Assembly (NCBI GenBank): GCA_963750165.1
Contig: CAVVPN010000003.1
Coordinates: 3,072,001 to 3,136,000, forward strand
Direction of reading: 5' to 3'
Length of the DNA stretch: 64,000 bases
From: an uncultured Gemmataceae bacterium
GTDB taxonomy: Bacteria; Planctomycetota; Planctomycetia; Gemmatales; Gemmataceae
Position numbers and translations under genes: made by a program
Shown here: one piece after another, positions 28,579-41,000 of the stretch
Numbering within the stretch: position 1 is the stretch's first letter
Layout: each line of letters begins with the position of its first letter
Notes under the pieces: model-generated
What the model saw: the letters and a program-made list of their open reading frames with translations, nothing else
The model's database searches: none
What the model was told of the DNA's origin: nothing

Positions 28579-29350
28579 TCACGCGGGCCGCGGCGGCAGA
28601 AATTGCTGCGCCCAGGCGGCGTCCTCGGCGGGCAGCGGCGGCGTGGGCTCGTGGTTGTAAATAAACTCCCCATAGCCGGCAGAATCATAGACACGGTGCA
28701 GCACCGCTTGCAAGTCCACCGCGACATCCGGGTCCGGCGCACGCAACGGGATGCGGATGACGGGCAGAGGTTCGCGCAGGCGGATGGGGTATAACCCTGC
28801 TCGCCACAACTGTTCCGCGCGGCCGACCAGCACGCAGTAGTCGCACTCCGGCATGTCGTTGACCGGCATGCGCGGGCCGCCGCGCAACAGGTCGATTTCC
28901 ACCAGATGAACTCCGTTCGCCATCAACTGGTGGCGCTTGGTGAGGTACTGGTCGCGCTTGTCGCCCAGGTTTTTATTGGCCGGGCTGAGCAACTCGATGA
29001 CGGTCACCACCTGGAGGCCGGCACTGTCGTGGATCTCCAGGAACGCGCTGTGCTCAAGCTCCACCTCCGGGATCGAGACCTCGATCGGAACTGCCGCCAC
29101 GGTCGTCCTCGGCCCGGCCGGCGTCGCCGGGCGTCGGGACGCCAAGGACACGTCGGACCACCCCAACAACCTTGCGCCTTTGCTCATCGGGTTTCTGGAC
29201 GTAAAGATGGTCCTCGACTTTTACGAAGTAACGCGGGCGCACATGCACCCACAGGGCTTCCCGAAGGGCGGGGACGAATGTTTGGTGGAAATCATGCCAA
29301 ACATAGACATGTTCCAGATACGGATTCATCCCCGGAAACGGTGACGGCAT
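28579..29350 (-). CDS. DUF4058-family (PD-(D/E)xK-like) protein; frameshift near 29160-29190
   Basis: MPSPFPGMNPYLE..WHDFH in one frame; VVTVIELLSPANK, HLVEIDLLRGG, LREPLPVIRIPL in another. Confidence 0.88.
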
Positions 29351-29462
29351 CGCGGCTCCTCCTTCGCCTCAAGAATGGATCACCGCCATCGTACTGGCAA
29401 CCGCCCGGCCGCCGCAATCTTTCCTTGCCGCGCCGCCGCCTTTAGAATGGCCAGCATCAACG

Positions 29463-29502
29463 CCCCCTCACCCCCGACCCCTCTCCCCCCAGGGGCGAGG
29501 GG
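29463..29502. repeat. CCCTCACCCCCGACCCCTCTCCC...GGGCGAGGGG REP-like element
   Basis: CCCCTCTCCCCCAGGGGCGAGGGG hairpin with the characteristic CCCTCACCCCC leader. Confidence 0.6.
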
Positions 29503-29552
29503 AGTAACTGTGTCGTTCCGCGAGCCAGGCCGCCCCAGGAGGTTTCCCAAAA

Positions 29553-31515
<1,963 letters not shown>

Positions 31516-31630
31516 CGGTGCGTTGAGCGTGTCCTGTGAAGTCTGCCAGCGTCAGGCGCTACAGTTGGGAAGCAAGGGGCTTGCGCACCCCGCACGCTGG
31601 AGCGGTTCGCAGACGACTGTAGCGGTCGTG

Positions 31631-31919
31631 TCTTTCGCCCCGAAGGGGCGGGACAACTTAGGACATGGTCAAGAACAACTTCCCGAATTTAGGCACCCCA
31701 GTGCCGTCCAAATCGGGAAGTAATTGTTGACCATATCCTTAGCCCAGGGCAACGCCCTGGGAACCAGGGAGGGACTGCTTTCTTCCGTGCCCTGAAGGGG
31801 CACCACAACAACGCTTGGGGTGCCCCTTCAGGGCACGGAAGAGAGAAGAGGGTGGGGTCGCATCGGCGTCCCCAGGGCGTTGCCCTGGGCTAAGTTGTCC
31901 CGCCCCTTCGGGGCGAAGA
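31631..31919. repeat. Composite (BIME-like) REP: outer inverted arms of about 49 bp plus an inner GTGCCCTGAAGGGGCAC pair
   Basis: TTCGCCCCGAAGGGGCGGGACAACTTAGCCCAGGGCAACGCCCTGGG (interrupted) and its reverse complement at about 31871-31919; inner pair at about 31787-31835. Confidence 0.85.
31661..31738. mobile_element. 78-bp MITE with about 29-bp imperfect terminal inverted repeats and a TTA target duplication
   Basis: TTA|GGACATGGTCAAGAACAACTTCCCGAATT...AAATCGGGAAGTAATTGTTGACCATATCC|TTA; the opposite REP arm shows the empty site with one TTA. Confidence 0.85.
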
Positions 31920-32056
31920 ACCCGCCACACCCGAACGCAACGCGCTCTATTGCACGCGGTTGGACTGGCAAGCCCGTCAGATCCTGGCGGCCTACCGGAC
32001 AGGAGCGTGTGCCCAGCCATCGGCAGCTGGCGGTGGCGCGTGCCTGCCGTATCAGG

Positions 32057-35000
32057 TCAAGTAGCCCCCAGCTCTTCCTTCGCCAGCGCCCACACCTGGT
32101 CCGCGAACCGCAGGGGCTCCAAATCGGCTGGGGCGTAGCTCTCGGCGCTGGCCACGTCATCGCCCAGGCCGAGCGCACCCTGGTCGCCGTACCGCCGCCA
32201 GAATTCGTCAAGAGCGACGAGCCCGGTGGGGTTGTCGGTCACTGGTAGGCCTGTGGCGCCTGGGAGAGTGAGGGTTCCCACGGTGCCGGTCGGGACGCCT
32301 GGGTTGGCCGCGGGCAGGGCGTTGGCTGGCGGTTGGATCGGTTGGACAGCGCTGCTCACCCCCGAGACGAACACCGGGCTGAGCGTGACCGGGCTTTTCC
32401 CAGCGGGGACTGCGGGCGGGGTCGGGAGGTTTTTGGCTGCGCTGCTGGGGCCGACGACGGTGAAGTAGTTGTCCACGCCAGCGACGAAGGACGACACGGT
32501 GCCGTTGCTGATCGGTAGGGTGCTGGGGTTGTGCGGGGCTGGGCTGAGCGTCAGCGGGCCGTCAGCGTTGTACGCCCCAGTGGTGGTCGCGCCGTTGTTG
32601 GCGGCCAGCTTGAGTGGCGACGGGCCGGCCGGGGCCCTGGCGTTAACGGTGAAGTCGATGAGCAGCACGGCACCGTCGGTGCCGAAGGCAGCCTGCACCG
32701 GGCTGGCGGTGAACTCGGTGACGCGGATGATGCCATGCACGGCGTCGATGTTGCTGACCACGAGGTAGCCCGGCAGCAGGCTACCCGCGCGGAGGTTGGC
32801 GACGGTGAATTTGCTCGGATCGAACTCGATGACCGAGTCGATGGCATCCACCTCGACCCCTGACGACGCGGTGACGTTGAGCCGTTCCTGGACGGTGACG
32901 GTCTGGCCGGCGCTGCCGCTGGCGGCGGCGAGGTAGAGGCGGGGGTCGGGGCCGGTGGGCCCCATGATGGTGATGCCGGAGGGCGGCTGCGGGATGGCAC
33001 TCGGGAAGGAGCCGACGACGGCGCGGGAGACATCGGTGGCGTCCAGGCCGGTAACGGCCAGGGTGGAACTGCCGCTGACGCCGCCGATGAGGAAGGGGTC
33101 GAGGTCTTTGAAGGGGCTGAAGCCGGTGCCGGCGCCGACAGCGACGCGCGAGATCAGGGTGGCGTCCAGGCCGGTGTAGTGCCCGTCGGCATGGACGTCG
33201 CCGGGGTAGGCGTTGACATCCACGGCGGCGTCGCCCTGGGCAGCGGCGGTGTTGATGACCACGTTCTGAGTGGCGAGCAGGGCCTTGTCGGTGTAGGGGG
33301 CGTTCTGGGGCACGGTGGCGGTGAGGGTGAGCAGGGTGCCGGTGCCGCCCGTGGGGTTCCAGTGGCCGCCGCCCGTGCCGCCAACGATGGTGAAGGTGAT
33401 CTGCATGTGGTGGGCGTCGATGCTGGTGAACGTAATCGGGTTGAGGACGAGGTTGCCGTTGGTGGCGGCGTCGGTCGAGAGGGCGGCCGCCGTCACGCTG
33501 AGGAGGGTCGGGTCGTAGGTCAGGGTGAAGGAGGCGGACGCGACGGCGGTGGTGATGCCGCTCACCGAGATGGGCAGGCCGGTGCTGTTGTTGGGCACGT
33601 TCACTGTCTCGCCGGGGCCGCGGGCGACGTTGGCCGCCGTGACCAGCGGCGTGACCGGGGCGGCGGTGAGGGCCTGGCTGTAGTTGGCGGTGAGGGTGGC
33701 GCCGCCAACGGCCTTGACGGCGGTGGTGACGGCGACGGTGTAGCTGCCGGCGGCGAACTGGCCGGCCGTGGCGACGAAGGTGGCGACGTTGGGGTTGGTG
33801 GCGTCGATGACCAGCGAACCCTTGATGTTGCCGCTCGGGCCGGTGACGGTGACATCCGGCGCCACCGCCGTGGTGCCGGGGCTGTAGTACAGTTGCGTCG
33901 TGGTGGGGTCGATGGGGCCGTCGAAGACCAACCGGATGGCGTTGCCCGAGAGCGTGGCCGAGTCCACCTGGAAGGTGCTGACGACACTCTGGCTGACCTG
34001 GGGAGAAGTGCTGGGGGCGAAGTTCCCCTGGGTGGCGAAGGTGGCGGTGATGGGGTGCGCGCCGACAGCGAAGTTCGCGACGGTAATGGTGGCGTTGCCG
34101 TTGGCGTCCAGGGTGCCAGTGGCGCCGGTGATGGCGACGTTGTTGTCCGACAGGGACACCGTGTCGCCGGCGACCGAGCCGCTGGCGGGGGTGACGTGGA
34201 CCAGGAACGCGACCGGCTGGATGGTGCCGCCGAAGTTCAGCGACGGGCTCGGGCCCAGGTCGGTGAGGGTGGTGGTCGTCATGATGGTGCTGGAGTTGAC
34301 GGTGAGCAGGGCGGCGTTGGAGGTGGCACTGCCGACGGTGTTGGTGAAGGTGACCTCGTAGAGGTTGCCGCTCATGTCCGTGGTGACGTTGCTCAGCGTC
34401 AGGGTGGCGGAGGTGGCGCCGCTAACGGGGGTGTAGCTGGTGCCGCCATTGGTGCTCACGAACCACTGCGCCATGGGGATCGGGAAGCCGCTGGCGACCG
34501 CGGTGAAGGTGGCGCTGCTGCCGGAGTTGACCGTCTGGTCGGTCGGCTGCATGGTCACGGCCGGGGCCTGGTTGACCGTGAGCGTGACCGCCGTCGAGGT
34601 GCTGGTGTTGAAATCGGCGGGGCTGGACCCGTCGCCCTCGTACATCGCCGTGATACTGTGCGTGCCGGGGGTGAGAGTCGTTGTGGTGAAGGTCGCCATC
34701 CCGTTGGCGTCGAGCGTCGCCGGGGTCGTGTTCAGCAGGGTGGTCCCGTCGTAGAAGTTCACGGTGCCCCCGGGGAAGCCGACGCCGGTGCCGGTGGGGA
34801 GGCTGACAGTCGCCGTCAGCGTCTCGGTCTGGCCCGCCAGGACCGGGTTGGGGCTGGCAACCACGGCGGTGGCGGTGTTGACGTTGTTGGTCAGCGTCAG
34901 CGTCACGCTGTCGCCGCCGTTGGCGAGGTAGCTGACCGTGAAGGGCAGGCCGCCGATCACCGCCACGGACCCTTCCGGCAGCCCCGCGAATGTGCCGCTG

Positions 35001-38000
35001 ATCGGGCTCGATGCGTTCATGATCGTGAAGACCGTGCCGACCGGCGCGTTGAACCCAGTCCCGAGGGTGCCGGTCAGCGTCGGCGCCCCCATCAGGTTGA
35101 TGGTGCCGTTAACGTTCAACTCATTGGAGCCGGTCGAAGTCAGGTCGGCGAAGAAGGTGCCGCCAGCGCTCATGTCCACAGTACCGGTGGTCAGGATGCC
35201 CGTGGGCGAGTCGGTGCTGCCGGGACTGATGACGCCGCCGGTCTGGGTAGTGACCGGGTAGCTGTTGTACGTCGCGCCGGTGCCGGCGAGCACGCCGGTG
35301 GCGCCGATCAACAGACCGGGGTTGCCGGCGACGTAGAGCGACTCATTGTCGTACAGGGTCAAGGTGGTGTTCAACGTGGCATTGTTGCCGCTGGCGTAGA
35401 TATTGATGCCTGCCGTGAGGCTGTTGCCGAGAGTTGCTCCGGCAGCGATGGTCACCCCGCCGGCGCCGATGAGGATGATGGACCCGCCCGAGGCGACGTT
35501 GACGCCGGCCACGGTCAACAGGCCGGTAACTGTCGAGAGCGAAATGCCACCAATGCTGGTGCCGGACACCGCGGTGGTCGAGGCGGTGAACGTGGCCGGG
35601 CCCTGGTTGGTGACGGAGATGGTGCCGCCCGTCGCCGACGCCTCGTTGGTCGAAATCGCGTTCACGGTCCCGGCGTTCGTCTGGATCGATCCCGTACTGC
35701 CGATGTTCCCTTCCGTCGCCACGCCCAGGCTCGCCGCCTCCAGCGTGATCGTCCCAGTCGCTCCCGCATCAAGGATCGTGCCGGACATTTGCGTGATGGA
35801 ACCGCTGCGGGCCGGGTTCGTCGGGTTGGTCACGTCCGTCACGGGCGGATTCTGGACCGGTTCCTGGCTGGCGTCGAACGCCGCGTACAACTGGATCCCG
35901 CCGCCGTTGCCGACCGTGATGTTTCCAGCCTGAATGCCGCCGCCGGTCGTGGTCGGATAGGCATGCACCACCACCGCGTTGGCGGCCGTGCTGGTGGTCG
36001 TGATCGACGAACCCGAGTTCATCTGCAGATACTGACCGCCCGCCAGGTCCATGTTCGCGTGGATCAGCACGTTGCCGCTGAACTGCTGGGTGTTCATGGT
36101 GCCGCCGATCACAGCGCTGCCGTTCATGACCAAATTGTCGTCCGAGTCCAGCTGGATGTTGCCGCTCTGCGTCCACACTGGCCCGTTAATGATCAGACCG
36201 TGGTTGCCCTCGTTCGTGGTCTGAATCCAGATGTTGCCCGCGCCCGCGGCAATCGCCTGGGTGACGACCTGGAAATAGCCCGTGCCCGAGGCGAAGGTAA
36301 TGCCGTTGCCGAAGGACAGCACGTAGATGCCGCCCGAGCCCGCCACGAAACTCCCGGCAGAGGCGTTGTTGGTGGTGTTGACGATGAGCGGCTGGAGCTG
36401 GCTGGCGCCGATGCTGCCGGCGCCCGAGGTGTTGAACACCGTATTGAAGGCGGTGATGGCCCAGGTGGGGCTGGCGGCGGCGGTGTGGTTGGGGAAGGTG
36501 AACGCGGTGTTGTCGATGATCGAGCCGCCGTTGGCGTTCACGGTGTAGGTGCCGGCCGTGGCCGTGCCGACGATGGCCCCGCCCAGGACCGCGTCGCCGC
36601 TGCCGCCCATCGCGGTGTTGACGTTGATGACGATGCCGGTCGCCGACGTGTTGGTGGTCCGCAGGGTGGCCGTGGTCGCCTGGGTGTAGCCGCCGGAGCC
36701 GGAGCCCAGGGTGTTAGCGCTGATGGCAATCGTCCCCTCGTCGGTACTCGAACCGACGTTGGCGTTCACCGCCACCGCGCCGCCACTCGAAAGCGCAATG
36801 TTGCCGAACAACGCCGTGGTCGCGCCGGCGATGGTCAGTGTACCGGCGGCGGTGCTGGCCGTGACATTCCCGAACCCCCCCGCGGCCGCCGTCAACGTCA
36901 GGTCGGAGCCCTGGTTGTTGACGATGATGTTGCCGTCCGTCGTGGTGGCCGTCACGGTCAGGCTGCCGGTCAGGTTGGTCAACACGATGTCGTTCAGACC
37001 GTACGTGGACGAGGTGATGGTCCCACCCGCCGCCTCGGTCAGGTAGACTGGGCCCACGGTGGCGGTGGCGATGGTCGTGCCGGCCGTCAACACGTTGTTG
37101 GCCGGGGTGCCGATGCCGCCCTCCGCGCCCAGGTTCAAAGTCGTCCCGGCGAGCTGGCTCCCCGCCGTCGCGGTGATCGTGCCCGGCAGGTTCGTGGTAA
37201 TCGTGGTGGCGCTCAAGGTATTCTGCACCGCCAGCGTCGCAAAGCCCAGAATCGTGAAGTTGCCGGTGGTCGTCGTCGCCCCGGCAATCGCCAGGCTGCC
37301 CGTGCCGTCCACCGTGACATTGGCGGACCCGGCGTCCAGGCTGGTGATCTGGTCGGTGCCGTCGCCCAGGTTCAACAGGAAGCTCGTGACGCCGGCGGTC
37401 GGGCCGGTGACCGAGCCGTCGCCGTTGACACTCCAGCCGGCGCTGATGGCGTTGCTTGTCAGGGTGATGGCCCCGGCCGAGTCGGCCACCGTGTAAGCGC
37501 CGGCGGTGTTGCTCACCGTCAGCCCGTCATTGGCGCCGCCGAGGGCGCTGAAGGTGACCCCGCCCGCCGTGACATCGAGCGTCGGGCTGGTGCCGTTGGT
37601 CACGCTCGCCAGGGTCAGCACGACGCTGTTGGCCATGATGCTGACGGTGAAGATGTCCTGGGGATTGTTGGCCGCCACAATCGTCGCGCCATTGGCGAAC
37701 GCCCCGCTGAGGGCACCCGTTGAGGTGAGGATCGTGAACGTGCTCCCCTGCGTCAGGCCGCTGCCGGCGTTGACGACCAGGTTGCCGTTATTCAGGTTCG
37801 CCGTGCCGGTGACCTGCAACTGGTCGTAACCGGTCCCGGCGGTGGTGCCGTTGATATCGACGTCGAAGACGCCGCCGGCGCCGAAGGTCAGGGCGCCGGT
37901 CTTGAACACCGAGGTCGCGCCGACGCCTCCCGGGGCAAGCACGCCGCTGACCGAGACGGCGCCCGTGAAGATCCCGGTGCCGCCGAGCAGGCCGAGGGCG

Positions 38001-41000
38001 CCGACCGTTACCGGGCCGGTGCCCAGGCCGGAACCGCTGGTGTTATTGACGAGCAGCGTACCACCCTGGACCGTCGTGCCAGCAGTGTAGGTATTCACGC
38101 CGGTGAGCGTTTGCGTGCCGGTCCCCGTCTTGGTAAGGCTCAGGAGGTCGATGCCGGAACCGGCGTTCGCGATGATCGTGCCGCTGTAGTTGCCGCTGGC
38201 GTCGCCGGCGCCGATGACCAGGTTAAAAGTGGCGGTGTTCGCGCCGTAGAACGGTTGGATCACGCCCGCGCCGGCCACCTGGCTGACCAGGGCGTTGACG
38301 GTCTCCGTATCGGCGCCGGTGGGGGCGAATTCGAGCGTCGAAGTCGCGTTGGCGAAGTTGACGGTCGCCCCGTCCGGAATCGCGGTGTTTCCATCCGCGG
38401 TCGCAATTTCGACCTCGACGGGCGAACCCGCCCCGATGGTCAGGCTGCCGGCATAGTTGTTGACCGGATAGGCGGTCGAGGACCGGACCAAGGACACCCG
38501 GCTGGATCCGTTGACGGTCGTAGTCGTGATGCCGCCAGGCCCGGTGATGAATCCGGTGAAGCCGGTAATCAGGGTGTTCCCGCCCTGGAAGGTGACGCTG
38601 CGGCCCAGCGTGATGTTGCTGTTGAAGTAGGAAACGTTTTGCCCGTTCGTGTAGAACGTTCCGATGGTGACGGTGCCGGTGCCGTTATTGGTGACCGTGA
38701 TGGGGTTGGACAAGTTGACGTTGTTGGTCAGCAGGAGCCCGATCGGGATGCTGCCCGAATTGGCGTCCGCAAGGGTGATGGAGCCGGTGCCCCAGCCGTT
38801 GGGGTTGCCCGTTTCCAGCGTCCCCTGGCTGACGATGGTGCCGCCGGAATAGGTGTTGGGCGTGGCCGAGGTGACCCCGTTCATCTGGAAGGTGCCCGCG
38901 CCGGTCTTGAGCAGGGCGAGGGTTCCGGTGCCGCCGTCGCTGAACAGGCCCGCGGAGGTGGTGCTCGTGCCGTCGCCGCCGACGGTCAGGACGGCGTTGG
39001 TCGTCCCTCCGTTGCTGACGTTGCCGCTGCCGGCGATGGAACCGAGGCTAAGGTTGAAACCTTCCAGGGCCAGCGAAGCGCCGTTGTTGAGAGTCGTCGT
39101 CGAATTGACGCCCAGGGCGGTCGTCGAACCGGCCTGCAGCGCGACTCCGTTGTCGGTCGTGCTGCCGCTATAGTTGCTGGCGCCGGCAAAAATCAGCGTT
39201 CCCGATCCCGAAATATTCAGGCTCAGGGCGCCTCCGGCGGCCCCGTTGTTGAACACGCCGGTAAACGTGTTGGGGCCCGAATTGGGGAAGCTCAACGTCG
39301 CGGGCGTGGTGCTGTTATTTTCAATCGTTCCTGAGTTCGACACCTGGGTGAACGTCTGGCTGTAGCCATCGAGCTGGAAATCTGCCCCGGATGCAACGGT
39401 CAGGCTGCCGGTGCCGCCGGCCGAGGTCGAACCGGAATCGATGGCCCCGGCGCTGACGGTAAGGCCGCCGCTGAAGGAGTTGGCGCCGCCGAGCGTGAAG
39501 ACTCCGGTGCCGGTCTGGGTCAGTGAGCCGGGCCCGATAATCGAGCTGCTGAAGGTCGTGGTCATGTTGTCGGCCCCCACGGTCAGGTTGCCGAGGAGAT
39601 CTACCACATTGTTGCTGACGGTGTCGGCCAGCGAGTTGAAGCTGGTCGAACCGACCTGGATCTGGACGGTTTCGGGCTGATTGACGACGACATCCTCGTT
39701 GTAGGTGCCGGCGTCCACGACAATGTTGGAGAAGGCGGGGACAACGGCCAGACAGGAACCCATGGTGCTAAACGTGGTAACGCCGTAGCCGGGCGTGCTG
39801 GAGTTAAAAGTTGTGTCCACGGTGTAGGTGCTGCCCGATTGTCGGGTTAGCGTCACGTCGTACCCGACGATGCCGCCCACGTAGCTGATCGTGAAGTTCA
39901 CCGCGCTCGAGCCGGTGCCCACGGTGATGGTCGAACCCTCGGTGAGGCTGGTGTAGCTGACGTTGGTGCCGGTGACGCTCGCGAAGTTGCCGTTGATGGG
40001 GCTATTGCCGTGAATGATCGACAGCGAGATGCCGGGATTGACGTTGTTCACGTTGACGTTGGCGAGATTCAGGACCGCGTTGGTCAGATCGACCGGTCCC
40101 GTGGAGATGATCTGGTCATAGCCCGTCGCGACCCCGGGAGAATTGCCGAGGAGATCGACGCTGAGAATGCCGCCGGTGCCGAAGGAGAGGCCGGCGGTCG
40201 TGATGGAGCCACCGACGTCATAGCCGCCCGGAACGAGTGTGCCGTTGACCACGACGGCGCCGCCAAGCGTCATCGCCGCCCCGCTCCCGCTGATGAGGGT
40301 CGCGCCGCTCGCGATGTTATCATTGCCAGTGCCGCTCGCGGTAAAACTGCCCGACGCATTCAGCGTGCTGCTGCCGTTGACATTGACGGTGCCGGTGATC
40401 GAGGTCGTGCCGCTGAGCGTCAAGCTTCCCGTGCCATTCAGGACGAGGCTGATGGCGCCGCTCGTCCCGGAGGCCGTCGTCACCCCGTCCGTTTGGGTCT
40501 GGACGATCGACCCGGCGAAGGTATCGGCTGTCGTCGAGGTAATCGTCAGCGTGGCCGGATTGACGCTCGTGTAGCCGGGAGAGTTGGCAATTAGCGACGT
40601 TCCCGCGCCTGACGAATTCAGGTCGCCGATGTTGGCACTGATGCCGTCCAGGTAGAACCGGGCATTGTTGCCGGACGCCGGACTGAGCGTCAGGTTGTTG
40701 CCGGGCAGAGAGCCGGTGGCGGAGAAGTAGAGCGAGCCGCGCTGGATCTGAATGGGACCCGTAAAGGTGTTCGCCCCGTTGTCGAGGTAGAACGGCATCT
40801 CCATCCAGTTGCTGCCGCTCGAGGGATTGTAATTGTCCTCGCCGAGCAGAATCAGACTTGCCCCGGCCGACCCGGAGATCACCCCGGTGAACGCCGAATC
40901 GGCATACTGACCGTATGAGGGCACGCTGTTGTGCTCGGTCAGGCCCTCGACATAGCGGGGGGAGCTGCCGAGGTTGATCGCCGCGGAGATGTTGTCGCCG

